This document shows, piece by piece, positions 38,261 through 50,791 of a DNA stretch of 64,000 nucleotides (the first letter of the stretch is position 1; each line of letters opens with the position of its first letter). The DNA is taken from positions 68,262,001 through 68,326,000 of the forward strand of contig NC_135660.1 of the NCBI RefSeq assembly GCF_964188315.1, read 5' to 3'. The notes beneath the pieces are model-generated. The model did no database searches, was not told the origin of the DNA, and saw only the letters and a list, made by a program, of their open reading frames with translations. A program made the position numbers and the translations under genes. This DNA is from Podarcis muralis (Eukaryota).

Positions 38261-41200
38261 TCTTATGACCAGGTGATGAACTCTGCTATTCTTTCTCCTT
38301 CACCCCACAAGCTCAGATCTCTTTATTATTATTAGATATTGTTCTGTGTTTCAGAATCTCCATCTTAGCTAAGACTTACTCTCTTTTATATACAGAAAGT
38401 GGACTGATGAGGAACCATTGCTCCATAGGTGAAATGCAGCTTTCCAAGCCTTCCTGTTCAGCCCATTATATATATATATTTTCCTCTGCACCCTCCTCAC
38501 GTGCTTTTGCCTGCCTGACATGTGTCTTACTTTCCTGGATAGAAGAGGGTGTGCCTGGTGTGTGTGGCCTCCGGCTTTGGTGTGACTGGAATGTAGCTAA
38601 GCATACAAAGGTAGGAGTCCCAGCAGTTGTTTTGCTCATCCTGGCCCTGCCCATCACTGACACACAGCTCCTGGAAAGTTGCCCACAAGAGAGTGAAGAC
38701 CTCAGGCTGGAAAAAGTTCCCCACTCCTTCATTATAGTAATCACACTGTTACATTGCATTAATCCCACTGTTGTAGAGTTGGGCAAAATATGGCTCTAGG
38801 CACATATGCAACCCTCTGCCTAATTTCAACAGGGATCAGTTCAGACTGATCCACCTTTCCTGCAACTGGGTGAGAAGGAAGAGGGAAGGAGGGAGAGAAG
38901 GAAGCGATAGAAAGAAACATGGGGCTCCCAACAGATTACCCTTAGGGGAATGTGGCCCATTACAGAAAAATGTGTGTGCCTTTCCCAACACACTGTTGGG
39001 TACTCTTGTGACCTAGGGAGACATGGCTCTCCCCTTGAAAATCCGAATGTACTTTGAGAGAGGCAAGGAGGAAATCCCTAGGCTGCCTGTGGCTTTCAGT
39101 CAAACAGACTTGGGCAAATTTGTTTACGGTCTTGCTCTGACATCGCTAATTATTGTGTAGGTGTGTGAGCAAGGCTCTTCAGTGCAACTGCAGAGGCATT
39201 TAAGGCAGTGGCATAATTGCATAATTTAACATGCCGTGTTAAAAGCAAGGTTGTTTTTGTGCATCCAGGTGGTGACTAATGAGCTGTGTGGCACTGTTGT
39301 ACATTTGCAAGTAGGAGATGAATCTAGATTGGGAAGAAACAGAAAATCCTGCTATAGTACTTGAAAGTCAACTGGGGTTCTGCTGTTTCTGCCTTACTTT
39401 AGGAAGTGTGTTCCTATAGGCAAGGCACACTCTTCCTCTTCTTGTTTACTGTCCTAAGTTTTAACTCCTTTACTTTGAAATCCTGCAGATTGATTCACTG
39501 GTCAGAGCTGTCACATATATATAACTGGTTCACTGTGAATTTGGTGTTACTTGTGTGGACCTTGGGCGCATGTGGTCCCCTTCCTCCTCTGCTCTTATTC
39601 TTTTATTTTTGTTTGTTTGTGCTACATCTTAGTGAGCAAACAGTGGCTTGCACTTGCCTTCCGAGCCAGACTTGGAAACCATGATTTGAATGTGGTTTCC
39701 TATTCTGTTTTGGGTGGACAAGAGCAAACCAGATTTTGCCAGATGTAGTGTCACCTTTTGGTTTGAGCAGGATAGGTGCAGCATTTAGGGAACAACAGAG
39801 CATACAAGCCAAAGGCTTACTCAGGTAAGAGTAAACCTTGGTTTGCCATGTATGTGTACCAACCCAGTTATACAGGCAGGTGGGTAAAACAGGTTTTCAG
39901 GTTCAGAACATGTTTTAATCCTGTATGATAAGTTTTGATTCTGGGCAACATAGGTTAAAGTTGCTTAGAAGGACAGGACATAACCAACTAACCTGTTCTG
40001 TCACCACAAGGATTTCCACTTTCACAACAGAACTTTTCTTTTCCTCCTCTCGCTGTGCGGGCCTGAGCTCTTCCTAAAACTGCTCTGGAGGGTTGTTGGA
40101 ACCCTAGAACATGTTTAGGGGGTGCAGAGGTGAGGAAGGGGGAAGTTTTCTTGTACAAGCATAAGTCCTTGTGCTGATGGAGCAAGAATACTGCCCCAAT
40201 TTCCACTTGTTTGCTTTGTGCATGGAAAAGAGTCCTTATAATAGAATTCTGTATCACCTCCAGATCTCATAGGAAGGTACGCTGTGACATCCCTTGGAAG
40301 GAAAAATTTGCACAGCAAGTTTTTGGTACCTCACAGAAGAAATTAGGGACTGAAACTCATCATTTAAAGTATTTAGTTGCTGTATAAGAACTTAAATCCA
40401 CAAACTAAAAACAACAACATAAAGATATTAATGGAGAATAGGTGGTTCTCCATCTTCACCCTCAAAGTACAGGTTTTAAAGTTGCGAGGTGGCACACCCG
40501 TTTGCAATTCTAATTCCACAATTGCTAATGAAATCCGTTCTATATAATTCTGTAAAGCTATGTTAGTGCTCATAGTCCAAATGTGTACCTCATAAAAAGT
40601 CAATGCCAATGGTAGCTGATGAGCTTTGAAAATGTATGTTTGCAAACTGTGGACAGCAGAGCAGAGGTAACAGCATAATGACTGTTTTCTGGGGATAATA
40701 TTGTGGTTCAAAGTGAGTAAAGGATGGTTTTATTGCTCAAATTAACTAGCTAAGCTTTTAACATCCTGGTATATGTACTTTAGACTCATCATCAGCCAGC
40801 TCTGTATTAGCATGTCTTCATCAGCAGGAAACAGTTTAAAAATGCCTGATGAGCAGAAGGGCTACTGCACATTTGACAGTTTTATATGGTACAGTGTAAG
40901 GGAATTTCCATTCCCAGTAATATGATACAGATATAAATCTTTTGGGAAATGCCATAGTCTGAGCATATATCTCTGAAAATCTAGCATACTTGGCAAAGTG
41001 GCCTTGCCATCCCCATTTCATATAAATCATGTTTCAGTCGTCTTCTATGCACACAGGCAGGAATTCAATTACTTCATCCCCATCCCCTACATAGTTGTCT
41101 CTACTAGGAGTAGATTAGAAATATATTCCAGTTCCCACCTCAAGTGAATGGGCAATCCCAGTGAGGAGCAGGTGGGGGCTACTCAGAGATGTCCTCCGAA

Positions 41201-41691
41201 TCTCTTGACACCAGTGAGTGGGCCTGGACAAGGGACTGGTGGTGGAAAGATGAATGCTAAGGAATGCCTTTGGTCTCTATTTGGAAAGTGCTCTTGGGAA
41301 GAGAGTTTCAGAATTCAAGGGTCTTATTTAATACTGTAGACTTTTGTGTTCAGGGAAACTCTGTGGTCTCTTGGAAGCATCAGTAAGGAGATCAATTCAT
41401 TCCTGTTTCTTATTGATCTCTTTTCGGGGCCAAATCCTCGCAAAGCAACATACTGAGAGAAGTAGAATAGTAGAACCTCAGGCAGAGTATGAAGCAATGA
41501 GTGGATATGGACCAATTTAGATCCCCAAAATGATTGTAGTAATGGTTTGAACTTCCCTTTTAGTTATTGTGGGGCAAGAGAAAGATCAAATAGGATCCCC
41601 ACAGTGTCCCAAATGAACTAGGTGAGATTGTATGTGCATAGAAATTCTGATATGCCCTTGCATATATGGCATCTTGCAGGGTTTCTGTCGT

Positions 41692-41800
41692 ACAAGAACA
41701 TCAGAGATCTGCTAGATTAGAACAAAGGTTTGTGTAGTCCAGATTCTGTTTCCTGCAGTGACCAGCCAGATGCCTCTGGGAACCCCAAGAGCACAATAGC
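41692..41800 (-). mobile_element. CR1-type 3' tail fragment
   Basis: aagaacat.aga...ctgct.gat.aga.caaagg....tagtccag.atcctgtt...cagtg.ccagccagatgcctctggga pattern. Confidence 0.55.
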
Positions 41801-44409
41801 CCAGCTAGGTCTAGGTCTTGATGGGAAAGTCTAGGTCAGACTTTCCCATCAAGCTGATATTCAGAGGTTCCTAGATTTGTACATCATCAGAGAAGTCAGT
41901 ATGCAGAGGGCTTGCTGATGGCTGATCCAACTATTTTCAAAGGCAATAAAGGATAGGAAAACAGATTGTGGTAGTGGGTTGTCCTCTTTTTCAATTTCCA
42001 GATTCAAAATACTGTTTTCTCATTCTCCTATTGGACTAGGAGCTAAACTAAAAACACTTATCACTGGGTGGAAAAAGTTGTCCTACAGAGTAAACCTGGA
42101 GAGGAAATCATGGTGCACACTATATACTATTTGTATTTTAAAGCATTCCCCAGTGGTGGTAAATGTTCTCCAGAGGAGCTACACAGCCAGCTCTCATTTC
42201 TCAGAGCGAATTGTAGATTCTCACAATACTGTGACACTTTAGTGCTAAAACAGATATTGCCCAGTTGTGGATTTGACATGTGGAATATCTCCCAAGAATA
42301 CATATTAGATTTTTTTCCTCCATGCCAGCCTGAGTACAGCATTCTGCAGAAGACAAAACACAATTGAATAGCAACTTGTCCTTTTTATGAGCCCAATTGA
42401 CAAGCAGTGAGTTTCCCTTGTGTTTTGCCTATTTGCAAGGCAATTGGGCCCCTTGTGCGGCTTTTTGAAACTGTCCTGGCAAGTGCAGCTCTGTTTGGAT
42501 TTGAAGAATGAGCACTTTCCTCTTGGACACAGAGTTTTCATGTTTTAATGCACTAATGGGCTTTTATCACTTTGGTGCAAGGATGAATTTACATCCTCTA
42601 TCAGTCAGAAACTGCACCGTATTCCTATTTAAAACTCCTGGCACGGTTCCTATGAGCCTCCATGATCACTTCACCCTTTTCTGTAGATCTTTTTGAAAAT
42701 TAAATTAAATTAAAGCCTCATTAAAAAAGAGTACAGAGGCCTGGCTGGTGATTGAATGCTCATTGTTCTTGTCCCGTTTTATGGGGATACCTATTAATGA
42801 ACTTACCTTAGGGCTGATAGGAAGATGTGGTTAAGATAATTGGTTGCGAACCAGATAGGCCCCCATTTGCATCTCACCTCTGCCTGAGCCTGAGTGAAAT
42901 TGTCCTTAGATAAGCAAATATCTCTTGGCCTCCCACTTCAATACAGGGACAATAATTGCCATAATTTCTGATGCATAAGCTTTATGATCTGGTTGCAGTA
43001 CTTTACCTTCCATTATTATTGTCACCAGTGGAAAAGACTGATAAAAATAGAGACTGTAGAAAGTACTATTATAGAGTCTCTCTGGGTTTCTGCTGATGTG
43101 ATAACGAGCCAAACTCTGGAATACCCTGACCAAAACTGTGCAATAGCAAGTCTTCATGTCATTATTAACGATGCCCAGTAGTGAAGTTGGAGTCCAGAAC
43201 AAGTGGTCATGTTTGCTGAAGCGACAATATGGCTGCATAAATCATATTTTGTAGGTAGTCAATAATGTGAGCTGTATTGTAAAGCAGATTGAAGATTGAT
43301 TATTAACTGCATAATGTTCCCAATGTTTTCAATTACAAGTTTGTTGGTTTTATAAGAGTATTAAAAATGTAGAGATAGCCACATATGTGGAATCACTCTT
43401 TTAACAAACTCATTCAGATAAGCTTCCCTCCCCATCCCCGACACTCATATAATTGCCTAGATTCCTAAATAATTAATTTTCTTAAAATAAAGGTTCTCTC
43501 TTTTTGGTACTAACAGATGTGTGGACAAATTCCTGCAGGCGATTGACTGCATTATGCTGCATATGTTTGCACTGAGGTCCTATTCAGTAGGTCTTACTCC
43601 CAGGAAACTGGGTATGGGATTGCAGACTTAGGCTGCACATTCGGAACATGTTGGAATGTACTTCCAAGGAGATATGAATAGGATTTCACTGTAAATCTGG
43701 TTTTCCTATATCGCTTTGCCCAGCACCTTATGAGCCAATAACACTACTTCTCAGCAGAAGCTTCATAAATTTTTATGATTTACATTATTGTAGATGCTTT
43801 GCTGTTTTATCATTATAACCTAGGCGTATGTTAATTTGCATTCATAATGGTGACTTTGTTTAAAGGACGCTGGCAGCATTTCTCTACGATTTAATACTTC
43901 CCTAGTGTTCTGCAGAGTGCTTTAATTTATTAGTGCTTTCAAGTCTGTCACATACACTACGTGTCAGAGGTTGATCAGCAGCTAGCTTGAAGAGAAATGG
44001 GTGTATGGGTTTTTCCTCTCCTGAAGCAGATGTCCTAGTTTCCCCCCGGTCTTAAATCTGTTTAAAATTCATATATTTTCAATGAGGAAATATGTGTGAA
44101 GAGCTGGACTTGAGAGGCCATCACTCCTGGGAGACAGTCTTGTTCTTCATGGCTTCCTTGTGATTTCTCAGACTGAGAGCGCATGATCCCTCTCTTGCAT
44201 TTTAATGGAAACTGTGTGTGTGTGTGGATATGTGTACATCTATACCCTAAAAATCGGAGTTGATTCTAGGTCAGACTTGGAAATCTAGCAACTCACAAAT
44301 ATTTGTGAAAATAGCACAGTATATCGAGGAATGTCTCTCCTATTTAAAATCCCTATGCCCATTTCTTACCTAGCCCTGTATTCTGCACCCATAAATGACT
44401 CTACCCATA

Positions 44410-44661
44410 CAGTGGTGCCTCTGGATGTGAACGGGATCCGTTCCAGAGCCCCGTTCGCATCCTGAAGCGAACGCAACCCACGCCTGCACTTCCGCGGGTT
44501 GCGATTCGCCGCATCTGCGCATGCACATAACGTCATTTTGAGCATCTACACATGCGCGAACTATGAAACCCGGAAGTAACATGTTCCGTTACTTCTGGGT
44601 CGCCGCGGAGCGCAACCCGAAAATGCTCAACCCAAAGCTACTTTAACCCGAGGTATGACTG
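44410..44661. mobile_element. Tc1/mariner (Tigger-like) MITE, family B
   Basis: TA|CAGTGGTGCCTC ... GAGGTATGACTG|TA; CpG-rich interior with tgcgcatgc motifs. Confidence 0.85.
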
Positions 44662-46200
44662 TATTCCCTTGCTATTGGTTGTCTATAGAGCTTCCTTCGA
44701 GAACACCAGTGTGGTACCAAAAGACTCGCTCTTCCCATGAAGGTTTGGCTTTAAGGCTTTAAGCCCCCTCTCCCCAAAACTAAACTTGAATTCACAAATT
44801 TTTGCTCCTTTATTTTTTCTTCTCCTCTTCTCCGCCCCGTCCTACTTTCTGTTGAAATTTAGATTGCAAGCGCTTCTGGACAGGGACCTTCCTTCTTGCT
44901 CATCTTACTCTACAAAGTGCCCTGTTTATTTAGTGTAATAAATGTCCTTGTTTGCTCCCCCAAAATATAGAAAGTTGGACTTTCACAGGCATACTCTTCA
45001 GCATAGACATGCATAGGATTGTGCTGCGAAATAACTTTGAGCGCTTAACTTTCCTTCTCCTGATGGTATCAGGAATTGCGTTTGCACAGCAGAGACTCCC
45101 TGTGCCATGCATCTGGGTTCCAGTCTCATAGCTTATGGCCAAGGAGCTTCAGTTACCATTATCATCAATCCTTTGCACTACAAGTTCTGCAGGTTCATAA
45201 AGGAAAGGAATGCAGCCCAGTTCATCACTTGTTGGGGATCAAAAATAAATCAACAGAGCGGAGGCTGAGCAGGTTGTTTGTTGTGAACGCTGCAGTTCTG
45301 AAGGCAAAACCAATTTTTATGATCCTTCCTTTATTGCTTTAACTGCTTGTTTATTTTGGGGCAGAGAAGTTAAAAGAATTTTTGGGCTTGTGTGAGAAGC
45401 ATTTTCTGATCAATATTTTTCTGGGGAGAAAGCACTAGTGCCCTCTCCCTTTCATTATACAGTAGAGCAGATGAGGAAGTGTGAAACTCACTTAACAATG
45501 TGGACTCTGTCAATATTCTGGAAAAAACAGAATAAAGTAATTTTAGTACAGTTTAGTTACTTGGGTTCGGTGGAGTCGAGAGAGACACTGCGCTGCATTT
45601 CCCTTTAAAAAATGATTTTTGAAAAATCTTGACTTGTACAATATACAGCATTCATCTATTTATTGTACAATATACACTGTCTGCTTTTCCCCTAGCAAAG
45701 GATATGGTATTTGGAAACTCCAAGAAAAGGAGGCAAGAGAAAGTTTATTGCATCTAGCAACCTAATTCCGTCATTCCCATGGAAGTCACAGTCAGGAAAA
45801 TGCCCATTGTGTAGACAGTTATAAAATGTTGTTTCAGTTGAATGAAAGAACTGCTCTGAAACTTATTCCACCACTTTTGAAGACATTCAGTGAGACTGTT
45901 GAATGCTGTTGAGAATATGCACCAGTATAATAGTTCCCATTCACTGGGGTCAGTAGAATTGTGTTTTTTCAATCATCGTGCCAGGGAGTTTTAAACTTAT
46001 AGTGAGATTTATTTATTGCTTCTGATCTTGGAAGTTTTGTATGTGCCATTTAAGGGATACATGGTGAGTGGATATTGGGTGTAAAATGTTGGCATTGGGT
46101 GCTGCTGTTTTGGGAGGAAACCTTTAGGTTGCTCGTTAAGAAGTGACTTTTCAGTGATCTTTATTCAGTCACTACATTGGATGCTGAGCCACTGCTTCGT

Positions 46201-46363
46201 AAACCATGATTTGTAAAGCCTTAGTTGAATGCCATGCTTCTCCGTTCTCCCACCATGTACCTACTTGGGCATGGAGATCTAGGCCAAAGCTGGCATAGGA
46301 AGAGTGGAGATCTGAGGAGCGCATAGCCATGATACTCAGCTATGGCTTTATAAATCATGATTT
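46201..46363. mobile_element. MITE-like foldback element ~315 bp upstream of exon 3
   Basis: 20-bp inverted ends AAACCATGATTTGTAAAGCC / GGCTTTATAAATCATGATTT (2 mismatches). Confidence 0.5.
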
Positions 46364-46677
46364 TTGAAGCCACAGACTATTGTCTGAATGCAATCAACAT
46401 CTTCTCCTTTAGTACTGGCACTGATCAGGTTATTATCTTTTAGGTCCACCGTGCACTAAGAAATCCTATTATTGCTTTTAAGGGTTGCATGTCGGGCTCA
46501 CATTCCTTAAATGCAGAAGGTGCTTGTTGGGTACCTAGAACAAGGTTTTCACTTCTCTGCGGAAGGATCTAATTGCAAAGTTCTTGTTGAATTTGTAGCT
46601 TTTCAAAAATACAATCTGACAGGCATTTTAAAAGATCAGACGTTCCTGCTTCACATTTCCTTCTTGTTTTCTCTCAG

Positions 46678-46864
46678 AGCCCATGCAGAAGCACCATCAT
46701 CTGTGAAACATGACATAAGGGCAGAGCCTGGTGAGAAGATGAAGAACAGAGAAGAAGTAGTGAATGAAGGAAGTGATGATGGGAAAGCTGTTGAGTCAAG
46801 CGATGAAGATGCTCCAGTCGAAGAGAAGAAGAAGAAGCAGAGGTCTGGATTTCGGGACCGTAAG
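46678..46864 (+). CDS. MICU1: MICU1 exon 3: (R)AHAEAPSSVKHDIRAEPGEKMKNREEVVNEGSDDGKAVESSDEDAPVEEKKKKQRSGFRDRK
   Basis: Polypyrimidine tract and ctctcag acceptor; AAG|gtatgt donor; split codon AG+A = Arg; contains the MICU1 polybasic KKKK..RSGFRDRK motif; 187 nt. Confidence 0.97.
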
Positions 46865-49800
46865 GTATGTATTCTTGTTGCACTGGAATATTCTGCATTA
46901 AACTGCAGTCAGTTATACCATCAAGAGGTGTGAAATTGTTGCAGCCTTCAGTTGCTGAGGTGTGTGTAGAAATGTAAAGCAGGGATAGGAGATCTGTGGC
47001 CCTACAGATAGGGTAGACCACATCTCATTTCACGCTGGTCATACTGGCTGGGACTGATAGCAGGTTAGAAACCAACCACATCTGGAATGACACGGGTCTC
47101 CATCTGTTCTGCATGTCTCTTCTTGCGACATTCTTAGGCAGTCATTAATAGAAAGCTTTATGTCCCATTTGTCTCACTACCAATTTGTTGGTGGTTTATA
47201 CGATTCTGGATCAATAGAAAATGATGGCTGGGATTCAAAGAGCTTCTTTCGGACCTTGTTTGGGTGTATTTTGTCTGAACCAGAGCTCGGGTGTGAGCTG
47301 GTGTTCCATTGGCCAAGAACTAATGGATGTGTTTGTCTTTGAACGGAACGTACTTCTGCCCCATTGCAAATAAACTGCAGTTAGGTTCTGTGTGGTGTGT
47401 TGCTGTTTGAGATACACATCCAAAGGCTCTTTGCTCTTTCATTTCATCCTAGGGGAGAATGTGTGCTTTGGATGTGTGCTTTTATCTATGCAGAAGAGCT
47501 TCTCGGGTGTCCTGGCATTCTTGGTAGGCTAATGAATTTATATGTGGAGCAATCGACAGCAAACTGTTTTATGATTGTGATATACCTAAAAAGGAGGGTT
47601 GCGGGGAGATGAAATCTGTTTTAAGCTTTAGGACTTGGAAACATTTCTGTCTTGATACCATTAAAGAAGGCAATTAAAAATGGCCGAGTAAATCAAAGCT
47701 GACGCGCGAGGCATGTTGGAGTGCGACTCGGTAGTGAAGGAAGTGAGAATATAATAGTTCCTTTGTCAGATAAATCCTTGCGACTTGTTCATGTACGAAT
47801 AACTCAGGGACTGACAACTTGTTGTGAACCACATTTTTTGAGTCTTCGGAACACCAGGAGAAGGAAAGGTGCAGATGTGACTGAGGGTTAATGACCAGTA
47901 AAAAGAAATATGAATGGTGTGAGGGGTAGTAATTCTTTTTGGGGGGAAATAGTTCTATACAGCAGTAGGACTTTTCTGTAATGTCTGGGGAAAGTTATTA
48001 GCTCCTCCAAGTATTACTGCCCTATGGGTGATAATATGATGAGACTTCTCTTTTTTAGTTAAGGGAATTTGTCTCTGAGGAATTTTATTCTGTTTTGACA
48101 GTTGCTGGACTTTTGATTTCCATTTTGCTGAAATACGGTGATCAGAAATGGCTGGTTTTTTTACAAATACTTAAAAATCAAAAGCACTTTTGATACATCC
48201 ATGTTTCTCTGTTTTTATTTGCCAGAAAAGCAACCTTCCTAGCCAGTAAATCTGAGTAGCTAGAATTAGCTGGGGGAGTCTCTTAATAAATTTTGTAGGT
48301 GAATTGTTGATACCTGTTTTATTGGAATGACTGCATTTTGGTTAAAAATTCTACATGAAGAAAGGAAATCTCAAGAAACTATACCAAATCAGTTTGATAT
48401 GTTAAATATATGTAGGCTGTGGCAAATCAAACCATTGGAAGAACCCCCAAAACTGACTGGGCATTTTGGGCCATAGCATTATCATTCTCTCTTTCTTCCT
48501 CTCCACAATTCCCAGGATATTGTCAATAAAACTGTAGCAGGGAGGGATAAAGTTTTTCTTTAGTTGGACTGCCCTGAATGACCATGGAGCTGTCTACAGC
48601 ATATTACTAAAATCATTATTATGGTAAAAGGAACTAATAAACTTGTAGCTGATGATGCTGTAGTAAATTTTGAAGTGGAGGAGTTCATCATGGCAGTCTT
48701 ATAGGGAACACCCCCAAATAATCCGTAGCCACAACAAAAGGAGAGTTCAAAAATGCAGTCAGCTGTCTTGATCCATTATGTATACCAAATGGGAGCAGTA
48801 CATAGCATAATATTCATTTTATTAGAATCAGCAGGCAGTCAGAGAACGAGCAATATATACAGTCAAATAAATAAAATGGTTCCACTGTTGGAAGTTAGTA
48901 TTAAAAGTAAGCCCTGAGTCTGAAAATGAGGAATATTTCTGGTCTGGGTGGTTCAAATGGTGCTGATCTAACTGTTCCATTGATGTTGGAAGTCAAGGAG
49001 TCTATAGTCTGTCATGCTTTTCTCTTGATCGTGCTTACTTTTTAAGTTACCCTTCTCTGTGATCCTGTGATAAACTATTACTCTTGTTTTGATATTAAAA
49101 TTGTAGCATGAATATATTTTAACAAGGTCTGCTTGTGCCTCTGGTGGCTTCTGTTGATTAAGCAACTGATTGTACGTTAACCTTTTTGGATTGTCTGAAA
49201 GAGCTGCAGATGCGGAAGGTACAAATACCCAAAGCCAAGTTTCTGTCCCTTTTTGTAGACTGAAATATCCCTTATGAGTTTGATCTTGTTTCAGGTTTAT
49301 TTTTCAAGTGTTAAAATAGCACAACAGATGGTGGCTGTGCATTGTGCCCCTTCTGTTGCCCTCCATGGTCCAGCGGAGTAGCCCACGGTCCCTTTATTTT
49401 GAAGTAACAGTTGTGCTCTCAGAGCACTGCCAAAAGGTGAGATGTTAGAGCATCTTTCTTTAACCCCGTTACCCATTAGAGCACTGCAGGAAGCTGCCAA
49501 ATGAAAATAAATGTCAACTTATCTCTGCCATTACAGTGCAGCATGGAACTTCAGATTGCTGGCACCCCTCTCTTGGCTTTGCGCATTGTCTTCCTAAAGA
49601 TTCTGTGAGCCAAATGAAACATTTTTAAATGGGACAAGCTGTGTGGGTTTTAAGTTAGCAGCCATTTTTCTCTTCAAGTTCCTCAGCCTTTCAGAAGCCT
49701 TTTCTGCATGGTCTGCTATGGAACTCCAGTGGATTCTAGAGCACACAGTTGCACTAAGGCAGATGTGGGAACCATTGGTTCTCTAGCTATTGGTGAACTA

Positions 49801-49911
49801 TGACTTTCATCATCCCTGGCCATGCTTGCTGGAACTGATGGGAGTTGCAGTTCAGCAAAATCTATGGTTGCTTTTCCAGTAAGGCCTCTCCTCCTTCCGG
49901 AGGGGAGTTGT

Positions 49912-50661
49912 TGTGGGCGGGAGACGACTCCCACGTCACGCAGGGGGCGTTATGCCCCCTGCCCCATCCACATGGCTGGCGCGCCACGCCTCCCGGTTGA
50001 GCACCCAATCGGGCGGCTTGGTGGGGGTGTGGTTTGCTGCTCAAGACGCAGCCGTGCCAGCCATTCAGCCCATTTGCTCACCTTCGCGTCGTGAGTCACC
50101 CACCCACCACTCCCTTAGGGCTTAGGGCTTAGCTTTTCTCTTGACCTTGCTATGGAACTATGGTTGGTCACCCACGGGGCCTGGTAGGAATTTTTCCAAC
50201 TGGCATTAGGCCTTTTGGTTTTTTCGTCTCCCTCGTAGCAATCGTCACAACTTTCTTGGTATTGGGCGGTTAGGCATTGGAATGTGTTGTTGGTGTGTGG
50301 AAGGGCAAGTTGTGGCCATCGCCTACCCCTTCAATTTTTGGGTATTCCGTTAAAGGAATCTGGCGGTCGTGAATCCTGTCCGATGCCTGTGTGGCGGGGG
50401 GCCATGGCACGACCCTCAGTGACATCAGGGGAGAGCTTATAGTTGTATTAGCATCAACAGGCTCCCCCTACTGGTGGTTAACCCCCTCTTCAGACTCATC
50501 CCTCTTCGAGTGGGTGGAGTCAAATCTTCTGTGGTGCCTAAGCCAATACCTTCTCGCTTGCTGTAATCAAAAAAGTTGTGGCCTTTTCTTGCCCATTAAC
50601 CTTATATTCTGTGTCAACATGTCTTTATTCCACCAAGCGGGGGTCGGGTCCTCGAACCACA
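49912..50661 (+). mobile_element. ~750-bp GC-rich LTR-like or DIRS/Ngaro-like terminal repeat
   Basis: TGTGG...CCACA ends; CpG-rich; polyA-like AATCAAAAAAGTTGTGGCC followed by a U5-like tract; no TSD found. Confidence 0.55.
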
Positions 50662-50791
50662 AAATGTATGCTGCATACCCATTGCTTTCCTTCTCATTTA
50701 GGTAATTGACAAAGATATCTGTTAAGAAGTATTCTTGTAATATTCAGGAAACACAGTGGATGGGTTTCTGCTAAATTTTCAAATTTATGAT

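Noticed and set aside
46511-46933. 140-aa ORF as a stand-alone gene
   Set aside because: Only 46678-46864 is MICU1 exon 3; the flanks are intron with canonical splice signals.
50114-50132. Interstitial telomere or chromosome fusion site
   Set aside because: Only about 2.5 units of TTAGGGC (not TTAGGG), inside a mobile element.
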